Below, in pieces: positions 33,847 to 43,941 of a stretch of 64,000 nucleotides of DNA. The notes beneath the pieces were generated by a model. That model was not told where the DNA came from, searched no databases, and saw nothing but the letters and a program-made list of their open reading frames with translations. Made by a program: the position numbers and the translations under genes. This DNA is from an uncultured Verrucomicrobiae bacterium (GTDB lineage: Bacteria; Verrucomicrobiota; Verrucomicrobiia; Opitutales; JABDGR01), in contig CAVXVB010000007.1 in the NCBI GenBank assembly GCA_963765205.1, positions 224,001 to 288,000 of the forward strand, read 5' to 3'. The stretch's first letter is position 1. Each line of letters starts with the position of its first letter.

Positions 33847-34548
33847 GTGCGTCCCTTTAACCTGGAGGCTGCCGCGAACGCCGCCACCACCCATCCTTCC
33901 CCTGCCGCCCTGCCCGCGCCGAACCCCGCCGCGGCCCATGTCACGCGCGAACAGCTTAAGCAGCGCACCGACCAGCGCATCCTGAGCGAGTGGATTGCGC
34001 CCGGCAGCCGTGTCCTTGATCTCGGTTGCGGCCAAGGCTTGCTGCTGGAACACCTCCAGCACGCCAAGGGCGCGCAGACGGTTGGCGTGGACAGCGACTT
34101 GCAGTCCGTCATCGCCTGCGTCGGGCGCGGGGTGACGGCGTATCAGGGGGACATATTTGAGGTGCTCAATTTTTACCCTCCGGGCGCGTTCGACTGGGTG
34201 GTGTGCTCGCGCACGGTGCAGGAGCTGGCGCAGCCGTGGCCGGTGCTCGAACGCGCGTTGGTCGTGGGCAGGCACGTCGCGGTGGGCTTCGTGAACCACG
34301 GGTTCTGGCTGAACCGCTGGCACATGTTCCTCCACGGCCGCCGCGTGCGCAACGAGGTTTACCCGGAGCCGTGGTATAAGAGCCACCCGAGCAATCCCGT
34401 GACCGTGGGCGACTTCGAGGAGTTTTGCGCGGCGGTCGGCGCACGGGTGACGCGGCGCGCCTACCTCGCGGGCGACTGGCGCACGCCCTGCCAGTTCTGG
34501 CCGCAACTCCTGGCCGGCTACGCCCTTTTTGAATGTACCCGCGCGTGA
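33847..34548 (+). CDS. metW: Methionine biosynthesis protein MetW
   Basis: WIAPGSRVLDLGCGQG, FDWVVCSRTVQ, VGFVNHGFWLNR, PWY. Start uncertain. Confidence 0.85.
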   Translation: MRPFNLEAAANAATTHPSPAALPAPNPAAAHVTREQLKQRTDQRILSEWIAPGSRVLDLGCGQGLLLEHLQHAKGAQTVGVDSDLQSVIACVGRGVTAYQGDIFEVLNFYPPGAFDWVVCSRTVQELAQPWPVLERALVVGRHVAVGFVNHGFWLNRWHMFLHGRRVRNEVYPEPWYKSHPSNPVTVGDFEEFCAAVGARVTRRAYLAGDWRTPCQFWPQLLAGYALFECTRA

Positions 34549-34664
34549 GCGGGGATTTATTCACCGTGAAGGAACAAAAGGCGTAAAGGACAATGCCAAA
34601 GCCATAATCCTTCTTTGCGATCTCCACGCTTTTACGGTGAATTACTCTGGCACGGGTTGAGAGT

Positions 34665-35471
34665 TCAGCGCAGCCCAAAAAACTCTCGGGCATTGGCCGT
34701 GGTGCGGGCGGCAAGTTCGGCGAAGGGGAGATCAAGCAACCGCGCGGCTTCCTGCGCGGTGTGCGCGAGAAAGGCCGGTTCGTTGGGCTGGCCGCGATGC
34801 GGGACGGGCGCGAGGTAGGGCGCGTCGGTTTCCACCATCAAGACTTCGCTCCCCTGCGCAATGAGCGCGGCGCGCACGGGGGCGGCATTTTTGTAGGTGA
34901 TGACGCCGGTAAAGGAGGCGCGGCCGCCCCGCGCGCGCAGGGTGCGCAGTTCGTTTGGCCCATGGGTAAAGCAGTGGAAGACGACGCGCCGCCAGTCCAC
35001 GCCGCTTTCATCAATCACGCGCACGCACTCGGCGAAGGCGTCGCGCGAATGGATGACGATGGGGCAGGCGAGTTCGCGCGCGAGGGCGAGTTGGGCGCGG
35101 AAGGCGGCTTCCTGCCGGGCAAAGGCGGCGGCGGCGGGTTCCTTGGGCAGATGAAAGCGGTCGAGGCCGATTTCGCCGAGGGCGACGGGGCGCGGTCCGG
35201 CGTCGGCCGCGCGCTCGAAAAAACTTTGAATTTTTGCCACGGATTCACGCCAGGAATCGTCGTCGGGAACGTCACAGGGGTGGAGGCCGATGGTGTAGTC
35301 CACGCGGCCCGGGTGCGCAGCGGCGAGGCCGGCGTAGAGGGCCCAGTCGTCCGGCCCGGTGCCGATGGTTATGACGTGGGCGATCCCGGCGGCGGCGGCG
35401 CGGTCGAGCACGCCGGGCACGTCGCCCCGGCGCGCGAACTCCGCCAGATGGCAATGGGTGTCAATTAACAT
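34665..35471 (-). CDS. tatD: TatD family deoxyribonuclease
   Basis: LIDTHCHL, GLHP, ALGEIGLD, IHSRDA, HCFT, ETDAPYLAP. Confidence 0.93.
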   Translation of the reverse strand: MLIDTHCHLAEFARRGDVPGVLDRAAAAGIAHVITIGTGPDDWALYAGLAAAHPGRVDYTIGLHPCDVPDDDSWRESVAKIQSFFERAADAGPRPVALGEIGLDRFHLPKEPAAAAFARQEAAFRAQLALARELACPIVIHSRDAFAECVRVIDESGVDWRRVVFHCFTHGPNELRTLRARGGRASFTGVITYKNAAPVRAALIAQGSEVLMVETDAPYLAPVPHRGQPNEPAFLAHTAQEAARLLDLPFAELAARTTANAREFFGLR

Positions 35472-35617
35472 AACAACGAGTGCTTTGGTGTTTTAGTTCT
35501 TAGTGCCTGGTGGGCCAGAGCCAAGCACGAAGCGGGTGAGGGTGGGCGGGAGGTTGTGGCGCTTCGATCCCTTATTTCCTTGGCCTCGTGCGGATTTCGC
35601 TTTTACTTCAAGGCATC

Positions 35618-36556
35618 ATGGAAAACGTTTTGATTCTGGGCACCGGCTGCGCGGGCTTGACGGCGGCGATTTACACCGCGCGCGCCAACCTGCGCCCGCT
35701 GGTCATTGAGGGCGTGCAGCCGGGCGGCCAGTTGACCACCACGTCGGAAGTGGAAAATTTTCCCGGCTTTCCCGAGGGCGTGGATGGCTTCGAGTTGATG
35801 GACCGGCTGCGTAAGCAGGCGGCGCGGTTCGGCGCGCGGTTCCAGAGCGACTTCATCGAGCGCGTGGATTTGTCCGGCCCGGAGAAAGTTTTGCATTCGT
35901 CTTCGCAGGCGTATCGGGCGCGCGCGCTCATCATCGCCACCGGCGCGTCGCCGCGGATGCTCGGCGTGCCGGGCGAGCAGGAAATGTTTGGCGGCAAGGG
36001 CGTGACGACGTGCGCGACATGCGACGGGGCCTTTTACCGGGGGATGGAGGTCGCGGTGGCCGGCGGCGGGGATTCCGCCTGCGAGGAGGCGTTGTTCTTG
36101 ACGCGCTTTTGCACGAAAGTTTACTTGATTCACCGGCGCGACGAGCTGCGGGCCTCGGGCATCATGGCGAAGCGCACGCTGGAAAACCCGAAAATCCAAC
36201 CGGTTTGGGACACCCACATTGAGCGGGTGTTGGCCGGTGGCGACGGGCGCGTGCGCGGATTGGCCCTAAAACATAAAAAGACGAGCGCGGCGTCAGAACT
36301 CGCGGTGAAGGGCCTGTTTGTCGCCATCGGCCATGTGCCGAACTCGCAAGCCTTCGTGGGCGCGCTGCCGTTGGATGAGCAGGGCTATTTTCTGCCGGAG
36401 GCCGGCAGCGCGGTGCGCACGAAGGCGCCGGGCGTGTATGTGGCGGGCGATTGCGCCGATCATGTTTACCGCCAGGCGGTGACGGCGGCGGGCCTGGGCT
36501 GCCAGGCGGCGATCGAGGCCGAGCGGTGGCTGGCGGAGGAAGGAGAGGGGCACTGA
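35618..36556 (+). CDS. trxB: Thioredoxin-disulfide reductase
   Basis: [41 protein letters not shown]. Confidence 0.97.
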   Translation: MENVLILGTGCAGLTAAIYTARANLRPLVIEGVQPGGQLTTTSEVENFPGFPEGVDGFELMDRLRKQAARFGARFQSDFIERVDLSGPEKVLHSSSQAYRARALIIATGASPRMLGVPGEQEMFGGKGVTTCATCDGAFYRGMEVAVAGGGDSACEEALFLTRFCTKVYLIHRRDELRASGIMAKRTLENPKIQPVWDTHIERVLAGGDGRVRGLALKHKKTSAASELAVKGLFVAIGHVPNSQAFVGALPLDEQGYFLPEAGSAVRTKAPGVYVAGDCADHVYRQAVTAAGLGCQAAIEAERWLAEEGEGH

Positions 36557-36684
36557 GACGACAGAGGGGCAGAGGGACAGAGGGAATTCGGAGGATGAAA
36601 TGAAATGCAAATCACAATTGACGAGCGTCGTGAATTGCCCGGCCCCTCAGTGCCTTAGTGCCTCTGTCCCTTTGCCCCTTCCAT

Positions 36685-37530
36685 TCACTGCCTTTTCTTA
36701 TTCAAAATATCCCGCGCTTGTTCGAGCTGGTCGCGCTCATCCGGGGTGAGGCTGGCAAAGCCGGACTGGGCGATTTTGTCGAGAATGGCGTCCACCGAGG
36801 CCATGTTGGCCAGGCCGCCGGCGCGGGGCAATGGCGTGCTGGGTGAGGGCAGGACGCGGAATTTGGGCCGGCGGCGGAAGGGGTTGAGCCGCCGTGCCCA
36901 GTCGCCGAACTCGATCGAGCCGCCGAGTTTCGCATAGCGGACGCAGCCGAAGCTGACGGCGCAGATGGCCAGCATGACCGTAAGGCCGGGCCAACTGCGG
37001 TAGTTGACATAACTCAGGGCGTCCACCGCCATGCAGAGGAAGGCGACATACTTGAGCGGCACCCAGTCGAAGAATTCCAGGTTGGGGTAGAGCGTGGCGT
37101 AGGCGATGAACACGCCGATGGTGATTTCGTTCATGCCGTCATACATTCCCGGCCGGCCGGCCAGGCGCCACGCGCCCAGCACCACGGCGATGGTCGCGAG
37201 CAGGAGCGCGTAGAGTTTCAGGAACGCCGGGCGGCCGAAGTATTGCTCCAGCTCGACGCTGAAGCGGTAAAAGAAAAAGACGCCGAACGGGAAGAAAAAG
37301 CTGGGGATATTGACAAAGGTGCAGGTCGGCAATTGCCAGAGCCAGCCGCGCAAAAAGAAATCCTCCGTCGAGAACTCGAGATTGCCCACCGGCCAACCGG
37401 CGGTGTCGAGCACCACCGTCACAAGCAGCCCCACGCAGTAAAGCACAGCCAGAATGGTCGCGGCATAGACGGGCACCCGTCCGAAATAGCGGAGCGGTTC
37501 ATTGTCGCGGTTGCCGGGATAGAGGCGCAT
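36685..37530 (-). CDS. Rhomboid-like membrane protein with C-terminal DUF6576-type helix
   Basis: Multiple TMs, WLWQLPT; tail VDAILDKIAQSGFASLTPDER. Confidence 0.75.
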   Translation of the reverse strand: MRLYPGNRDNEPLRYFGRVPVYAATILAVLYCVGLLVTVVLDTAGWPVGNLEFSTEDFFLRGWLWQLPTCTFVNIPSFFFPFGVFFFYRFSVELEQYFGRPAFLKLYALLLATIAVVLGAWRLAGRPGMYDGMNEITIGVFIAYATLYPNLEFFDWVPLKYVAFLCMAVDALSYVNYRSWPGLTVMLAICAVSFGCVRYAKLGGSIEFGDWARRLNPFRRRPKFRVLPSPSTPLPRAGGLANMASVDAILDKIAQSGFASLTPDERDQLEQARDILNKKRQ

Positions 37531-37672
37531 CTGCCACCACTATACCACGCCCGCCGCCCGATGCAATGCGCGGGAATGGGCGGGAGGACATTTCTGCAAA
37601 ATCGCATAATCCCCAAAACGGCGGGCCATTCCCCATCTTGCCACGGCGGGGTGGTTTCTGCATATAGGTCTC

Positions 37673-38659
37673 ATGGCCATGGAATTTAAGGACTATTACA
37701 AGACGCTCGGGGTGCCGCGCGACGCGAGCGAGGAAGACCTGAAAAAGGCCTTCCGCAAGCTCGCGCGCCAATTCCACCCCGACACCGCGACGGACAAGAA
37801 GCGCGCCGAGGAGAAATTCAAGGAGATCAACGAGGCCTACGAGGTGCTCAGCGACAAGGACAAGCGCAAGCGTTACGACGAACTCGGCCCGGACTGGGAG
37901 CACGGCGCGCAGTTCCGCCCGCCGCCGGGCGCAGGCGGGGGTGCGCGGCGGCGCGCGGCCAGCCCCGGTGGCGAGGGCATGGAGTATGATTTTGGCGGCA
38001 CCACGGGCTTCAGCGATTTCTTCGAACACTTTTTCGCTTCGCAGGGCCGGAGCGGTTTCGGCGGCGCGGGCGGCGGCTTTCCCGGCGGCGCGGCCTGGGG
38101 GGGCGGGGCGGAAGACGCCGGCCCCGCGCGCGGCGGCGATTTGGAGTCGGACCTGCTCGTTACACTCGAGGAGGCCAGCAACGGCGCGGAGCGGCTGCTC
38201 AGCCTGCGGCGGCGCGGCTCCGGCAAGGGCGCGACCGAGACGCTCAAGGTGCGCATCCCTGCGGGCGTGGGCGACGGCCAGCGCATCCGTGTCGCCGGCA
38301 AAGGCGAACCGGCGCCGCCGGGTGGCGAGGCGGGCGATTTGTTTTTGAACGTGCGGCTGCAAAAGCACCCGGACTTTCGCGTCGAGGGCGCGGACTTGTA
38401 TTATGATTTGGAACTGGCGCCCTGGGAGGCGGCGCTGGGCGCGAAAAAAACCGTGCCGACGCTGGCGAAATCGGTCGCGGTGAAAATCGCTGCCGGCGCG
38501 GGCGCTGGGCAACAACTGCGCCTGAAAGGGCTGGGCCTGCCGAAGCCCGGCGGCGCGCGCGGGGATTTATACGCGGTGCTCGCCGTGCGCGTTCCCCCCG
38601 CCGAAACCCCGTCCCAAAAAAAATTGTGGGAGCAGTTGCGCGCGGAATATGGGGAGTGA
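37673..38659 (+). CDS. DnaJ-class chaperone (CbpA-like)
   Basis: [11 protein letters not shown] motif, [14 protein letters not shown]; DnaJ_C without zinc finger. Confidence 0.92.
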   Translation: MAMEFKDYYKTLGVPRDASEEDLKKAFRKLARQFHPDTATDKKRAEEKFKEINEAYEVLSDKDKRKRYDELGPDWEHGAQFRPPPGAGGGARRRAASPGGEGMEYDFGGTTGFSDFFEHFFASQGRSGFGGAGGGFPGGAAWGGGAEDAGPARGGDLESDLLVTLEEASNGAERLLSLRRRGSGKGATETLKVRIPAGVGDGQRIRVAGKGEPAPPGGEAGDLFLNVRLQKHPDFRVEGADLYYDLELAPWEAALGAKKTVPTLAKSVAVKIAAGAGAGQQLRLKGLGLPKPGGARGDLYAVLAVRVPPAETPSQKKLWEQLRAEYGE

Positions 38660-38863
38660 AGTGTTTTAGCGCTTGGTTTTTTAGTTCTTAGTGGAAGAGC
38701 CGGAGCCATATTTTCTTGCGACGCATACCCTGCCTCCTTTGAATTAGGACAATACCGCGACGGAGACTGCGGCTTGAATGGGCCTGCCTCTTTGTCCCGG
38801 GGGGGCACGACCGTCCCGGTCGCACGGCTGCGCGTCTCGCGCAGCCGACTCTTCGTTTACCTC

Positions 38864-39108
38864 ATGATTAAACTTCCCTATTCCCTGATCATCGAAGCCA
38901 CTGCAGATCCGGATTTCTTTGGCTTCTATTCCTCCGACTTGGAAGGATTCACCGGCATCGGCCATTCCGTCGAGGACTGCCTCTACCAAGCGCGCTGGGG
39001 CATGGCTGACCATGTGCAAACGCTGCTCGAAAACAAACTCGACATCCCCCCGCCAATCCCAACCCGACGGTTATGATTCGAAACGAAGCCAAACTCCAGC
39101 CGGCGTAA
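38864..39108 (+). CDS. HicB-like antitoxin-family protein, probable frameshift near 39050
   Basis: YSLIIEAT..FFGFYSSDLEGFTGIGHSVEDCL; the tail NPNPTVMIRNEAKLQPA* continues in another frame after a C-run. Confidence 0.65.
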
Positions 39109-39169
39109 AATCACGCTTTTTTTTGTCAGGTATTTGGGCGGGCGGGTGCTATACTGTAAAGCCACCCCC

Positions 39170-40525
39170 ATGACCCCCGATCACGAATTGCTGGCGCATT
39201 ATGCCGCGCGCCGCGACGAGGCCGCCTTTGCCGAGCTGGTGCGCCGGCATGTGGACCTGGTCTATTCCGTCGTCCTGCGGCAAGCCGCCGGGGACGCGCC
39301 TCTGGCCCAGGATGTCACGCAAACCGTGTTCCTCGACCTGGTGCGCAAGGCGGGCGAGCTGTCCCGGCATGCCACGCTGGCGGGCTGGCTGCACACCAGC
39401 GCGCGCTTTGCCGCCAGCAAAGCCGTCCGGGGCGAACAACGCCGTCGCCACCACGAACAGGAGGCTTCCGCCATGCAAGAAACCACCACCGCCGCCGTGA
39501 ACTGGGAGCAATTGCGCCCGTTGCTTGACGAAGGCGTCGGGCAACTGGACGAACCGGACCGCGACGCCATCGTGTTACGCTTTTTCGAGGGCAAAAGCCA
39601 CCGCGAAGTCGGCACCCTCCTGGGGCTGAATGAAAACTCGGCCAACAAACGCATCGAGCGCGCGCTGGAAAAACTGCGCGCCTATTTTGCGCGCCGCGGC
39701 GTGACGGCGTCATCCGTGGCGTTGGCTGCGGCCATCAGCGAAAATTCCGTGCAAGCCGCGCCGGTTGGGCTGGCCGCGAACGTGGCTGGGGTGGCGGTGG
39801 CGGGGAAGGGGGCTGGCGTGGGCACCGGCGCGGGCGTCGCTGCGGAAGGTGTTTTTCTAAAAATTCTTCTTATGTGCACCAAAAACAAAATCCTCCTTGC
39901 CGGGGTGATCGTTCTGATTATTGCAACTACTTGGATATTCTACCTGCATTCGCCACAAGAAACGGCGGCCGTGGCCGAGGCCAAGCCCCCTGGGTCCACG
40001 ATGGTCAAAGCCAAGGTGGTTGCGCCAACGCTGCCGCAGGTTGCTGCGCCAATGACATCGCCGGCAATCAAGCCCGTTACGGTTCCGCAGCCCATAGTGG
40101 GTGATCCCGCCCACAATGCCACGCCGGCGGAATTGAACGCCGCCATCGACAACGTCGCAACGCTACTCCAAGCCAGTGACTTTGTCGGGGTGTTTGAATA
40201 CGGCCCGCCCGCCGACTTGGCCAAGATACCGCCGGAGCAAAAAGCGGAAATGGAGCAGCGTATTCGGCAAGCAATGGCTATTCCTCTAATGCAGCAGATG
40301 ATGCAAGGTTTGTCGCAGTTGGTCCAAGACCTGAAAAACCAAACGCCGGAAATAAATGCGACCGGCGACCAGGCGACCTATCAAATGACGCTGGCCCCGA
40401 ACATGCTCCCGCCCGGCACAAATGTCCCGGCGAGCATGCCCATGGTTTTTGTCAAAATTGACGGGAAATGGCATCTCAGCGGCCACACGATTGATGCCAT
40501 TGACGAGTATTTTTTGGAAAAATGA
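39170..40525 (+). CDS. ECF sigma factor with long C-terminal extension (TM + extracytoplasmic domain)
   Basis: DEAAFAELVRRHVDLVYS, AQDVTQTVFLDL, DRDAIVLRFFEG; TM ILLAGVIVLIIATTWIFYL. Confidence 0.9.
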   Translation: MTPDHELLAHYAARRDEAAFAELVRRHVDLVYSVVLRQAAGDAPLAQDVTQTVFLDLVRKAGELSRHATLAGWLHTSARFAASKAVRGEQRRRHHEQEASAMQETTTAAVNWEQLRPLLDEGVGQLDEPDRDAIVLRFFEGKSHREVGTLLGLNENSANKRIERALEKLRAYFARRGVTASSVALAAAISENSVQAAPVGLAANVAGVAVAGKGAGVGTGAGVAAEGVFLKILLMCTKNKILLAGVIVLIIATTWIFYLHSPQETAAVAEAKPPGSTMVKAKVVAPTLPQVAAPMTSPAIKPVTVPQPIVGDPAHNATPAELNAAIDNVATLLQASDFVGVFEYGPPADLAKIPPEQKAEMEQRIRQAMAIPLMQQMMQGLSQLVQDLKNQTPEINATGDQATYQMTLAPNMLPPGTNVPASMPMVFVKIDGKWHLSGHTIDAIDEYFLEK

Positions 40526-40560
40526 GGTGGGGATGCCACTCTCCCGTTTTAGCGGGATCC

Positions 40561-40587
40561 GCGGACGGCTCGTAGAGCCGTCCCTAC
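40561..40587. repeat. REP-like palindrome (GTAG type)
   Basis: Reverse complement GTAG-GGACGGCTC-TAC-GAGCCGTCC. Confidence 0.7.
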
Positions 40588-40688
40588 CCGCGTTGTCCCT
40601 GCCTGCGTTAGTAAATTTGAAAAATGCGTAAATAGTGTCGTCCGCCGCAGGCTTGCCTTTGCGCCCTTGGCCCATCATAAACGCCCGT

Positions 40689-41654
40689 ATGAAATTAGCG
40701 GGAATTCTATTGGCCGGGGCCGGGGTGGTGGCGTTGCTGGCGGGGTGCGGCGACACCACCGGCCACAAGGACGGCGTTTACCAGGGCTACCTCGAGGGGC
40801 GCTTCTTGGGGGTGGCCTCGCCGCAGGAGGGCCAGTTGGCCGAGTTGAAGGTGCAGCGCGGCGGCTGGGTCGAGGCCGGTGCGCCGCTGTTCGCGCTCGA
40901 CCCGCAGCCGGAGGCCGATGAGTTGCGCCAGGAGGACCAGCACGTCGCCTCCGCCCAGGCGCATGTGGAGGATTTGCGCAAGGGCCTGCGCGACACCGAG
41001 CTGGCTGCGCTCGACGACCAACTGAAGGCCGACCAGGCGTTGCTGGATCAGGCCAAGGCCGAATACGCGCGCAACCAGCAGCTCCAGGCGGGCAATTTCG
41101 TCTCGCAGAACGACCTCGACCGCCTGCGCTACACGACCGACCAGCAAACCGCCCAAACCCAACGCGACGCGAACCAATTGGCGACGGGCAAGCTCGGCGC
41201 GCGCGACGACCAGATCAGCCAGGCCGTGGCCGATTTGTTCGCCGCCAAGGCCGTGCGCGACCAGACCCAATGGACGCTCGACCAAAAGACCCAAACCGCG
41301 CCGCAGGCCGGCTGGGTGCAGGACACGTTGTATCGCGTCGGCGAGCGCGTCGCGTCCGGGCAGGCGGTCGTCGTGCTGCTGCCGGTGGCGGAATTGCGCG
41401 CGCTGTTCTACGTGCCGGAGACGGAAATCAACCGCGTCAAGCTGGGCCAGATGGTGACGGTCAAGCTCGACGGGCTGAACCCTGTGCCGGCCCGCATCAG
41501 CTTCATCTCGACGCAGGTCGAGTTCACGCCGCCGGTGATTTATAGCGAGAGCCAGAACTACAAATACGTTTTTCGCGTCGAGGCGGATTTCGACCCGAAG
41601 GTGGCGCGCGAGTTGCACGCCGGCCAGCCCGCCGAAGTGAGCCTGTCGCCATGA
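40689..41654 (+). CDS. HlyD-family membrane fusion protein
   Basis: YQGYLEG, coiled coil, ISFISTQVEFTPPVIYS. Confidence 0.9.
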   Translation: MKLAGILLAGAGVVALLAGCGDTTGHKDGVYQGYLEGRFLGVASPQEGQLAELKVQRGGWVEAGAPLFALDPQPEADELRQEDQHVASAQAHVEDLRKGLRDTELAALDDQLKADQALLDQAKAEYARNQQLQAGNFVSQNDLDRLRYTTDQQTAQTQRDANQLATGKLGARDDQISQAVADLFAAKAVRDQTQWTLDQKTQTAPQAGWVQDTLYRVGERVASGQAVVVLLPVAELRALFYVPETEINRVKLGQMVTVKLDGLNPVPARISFISTQVEFTPPVIYSESQNYKYVFRVEADFDPKVARELHAGQPAEVSLSP

Positions 41655-42619
41655 ACGCCGCGCCGACTGTCGCCGGGCCTGCGCCGGGCGCGCCCAACGG
41701 CGCGGCCGGCTTGGCCGTGGATGTGCGTGGTTTGACGAAGCGCTACGGCAGCCGGACGGCCGTGGATCATATTGATTTTGACGTGCGGCGCGGCGAGGTT
41801 TACGGCTTCCTTGGCCCAAACGGCAGCGGCAAGACGACGTTCATGCGCATGTTGTGCGGGCTGCTCACGCCCGATGAAGGCGAGGGCACCTGCCTGGGCT
41901 ATAATTTGCGCACCGACGCCGACCGCATCCGCCTCGAAGTCGGCTACATGACGCAGAAGTTCAGTTATTACGAAGACCTGTCCATCGAGGAAAACCTCGA
42001 TTTTGTCGCCCGCATTTATCAACTGGCCAACCGGCGCGCGGCGGTGACGGCGACGCTCGACCAGCTCGGCCTCACCGCCCGGCGCAAGCAACTCGCCGGC
42101 ACGCTCTCCGGCGGTTGGAAGCAGCGGCTCGCGCTGGCGGCGTGCCTCCTGCACCGCCCGAAGCTTTTGCTGCTCGACGAGCCGACGGCGGGCGTGGACC
42201 CGAAGGCGCGGCGCGATTTCTGGGAGCAAATCCACGGGCTGGCGGCGCAAGGCATCAGCGTGCTCATTGCCACGCACTACATGGACGAGGCCGAGCGCTG
42301 CCACCGCGTCGCCTACCTGTCCTTCGGCAAGTTGCTCACGCATGGCACGGTGCATGAAGTGGTCGAGCGCGCGGGGCTGACGGTCTGGCGGTTGGAATGC
42401 GCGAACCCGAGCGAGCTGGTCGTGGCGCTGCACGGCCGGCCCGGGATTTCGGTGGTGCCGTTCGGCAGCTCGCTGCACATCTGCGGGGCCGACGCCGTCG
42501 CGGTGCGCGCGGCGGTCGAGTCCGTCGCCGCCCCGAACGTGACCGCCACGCTGACCAAGCCGTCGCTCGAAGATGTTTTCATCCAACTCCAGGGCGCGTC
42601 CCGGGACAATTTTTCCTGA
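41651..42619 (+). CDS. ABC transporter ATP-binding protein
   Basis: GPNGSGKT, LSGGWKQRL, LLLDEPTAGVDP. Confidence 0.95.
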   Translation: MNAAPTVAGPAPGAPNGAAGLAVDVRGLTKRYGSRTAVDHIDFDVRRGEVYGFLGPNGSGKTTFMRMLCGLLTPDEGEGTCLGYNLRTDADRIRLEVGYMTQKFSYYEDLSIEENLDFVARIYQLANRRAAVTATLDQLGLTARRKQLAGTLSGGWKQRLALAACLLHRPKLLLLDEPTAGVDPKARRDFWEQIHGLAAQGISVLIATHYMDEAERCHRVAYLSFGKLLTHGTVHEVVERAGLTVWRLECANPSELVVALHGRPGISVVPFGSSLHICGADAVAVRAAVESVAAPNVTATLTKPSLEDVFIQLQGASRDNFS

Positions 42620-42621
42620 CC

Positions 42622-43755
42622 ATGCGCGGCCGATTTTCATTCCGGCGGTTTTTCGCCCTCGCGCTCAAGGAGTTCATCCAGATGCGCCGGGACCGGCTGA
42701 CGTTCGCCATGATGTTCGGCATCCCGCTGATGCAGTTGATTGTGTTCGGCTACGCGATCAACACCGACCCGAAGTATCTGCCCGCCGTCGTCGTCATGGG
42801 CGACACCGGCCCCATCCCGCGCGCCATCGTCGAGGCGCTGCGCTACACGGACTATTTCCAAATCCAGCCTGAGCCGGTGAGCGAGGCTGATGCGGCGGAG
42901 ATGCTCGCCGACGGCGACGCCATGTTCGTCATTTCCTTTCCACCGAATTTTTCGCGCGACCTCTTGCGCAACCAGCACCCGGAAATGCTCATGCAAGCCG
43001 ACGCAACGGACCCGGTCGCCGTCGGCAACGCGGTGGGCGCGGCGGATGTCATCCAGCAGGCGGCGACGCGCGAATTGCAGGGGACGTTCGCGGCAGTCAC
43101 TCCGCCGGCCACGCCCGTGGATTACCGCCTGCACCTGATGTATAACCCGGAGCGGCGCTCGCAGCTCAACATCGTGCCGGCGCTGCTCGGCTTGGTGCTG
43201 ACGATGACCATGTGCAACATCACCGCGATGGCCATCGTGCGTGAGAAGGAGCGCGGCACGATGGAGAATTTGCTCTCGACCCCGGCCCTGCCGGCAGAGG
43301 TGATGCTGGGGAAAATCCTGCCTTACATTGCCATCGGCTATGTGCAGGCGAGCGTAATTTTGGCTGCGGCGCGGTTTCTTTTCGACGTGCCGGAGATCGG
43401 CAGCTTCTGGCTGCTGGCGGGCTGCATTTTACTGTTCATCTGCGCGAACCTCGGCATGGGCATCACGCTCTCGACCTTGGCGCAAAGCCAGTTGCAGGCC
43501 ATGCAGATGGCGTTCTTTTATTTTCTGCCCTCAATGATGCTCTCGGGCTTTTTCTTTCCCTTTCGCGGGATGCCGCAGTGGGCGCAGACCATCGGCTCGA
43601 TTTTGCCGCTCTCGCATTTTCTGCGCATCGTGCGCGGGATTCTGCTCAAGGGCAACGGCTTCGCCGAAGTGTGGCCGCAAATCTGGCCCATTGGGCTGTT
43701 CTTCCTGGTCGTGATGACGATCGCCGTCGTGCGCTTCCGGCGGACGTTGGACTGA
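42622..43755 (+). CDS. ABC-2 transporter permease
   Basis: KEFIQMRRDRLT, REKERGTMENLL, LSGFFFPFRGMP. Confidence 0.93.
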   Translation: MRGRFSFRRFFALALKEFIQMRRDRLTFAMMFGIPLMQLIVFGYAINTDPKYLPAVVVMGDTGPIPRAIVEALRYTDYFQIQPEPVSEADAAEMLADGDAMFVISFPPNFSRDLLRNQHPEMLMQADATDPVAVGNAVGAADVIQQAATRELQGTFAAVTPPATPVDYRLHLMYNPERRSQLNIVPALLGLVLTMTMCNITAMAIVREKERGTMENLLSTPALPAEVMLGKILPYIAIGYVQASVILAAARFLFDVPEIGSFWLLAGCILLFICANLGMGITLSTLAQSQLQAMQMAFFYFLPSMMLSGFFFPFRGMPQWAQTIGSILPLSHFLRIVRGILLKGNGFAEVWPQIWPIGLFFLVVMTIAVVRFRRTLD

Positions 43756-43840
43756 ATGCTGAATGCTGAATGCTGAATGCTGAATGCTGAATGCTGAATG
43801 CTGAATGCTGAATGCTGAATGCTGAATGCTGAATGCTGAA
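43752..43840. repeat. Perfect heptamer tandem repeat (CTGAATG)x12
   Basis: 12 full units plus CTGAA; the first unit contains the permease stop codon. Confidence 0.97.
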
Positions 43841-43941
43841 AATGGCCGGGATGCTTTTTCGCAACTTTGCAATCAAGCAATCGAGCATTCCAACATAAAA
43901 GTTCTCTTGGCGGGAAATTTTTGATAAGATGAAAACCCCCC

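Noticed and set aside
43752..43840. Tandem arrays (also 9005-9076 and 51433-51488) as CRISPR
   Set aside because: Units are 7-8 nt with no unique spacers, and no cas genes are present.
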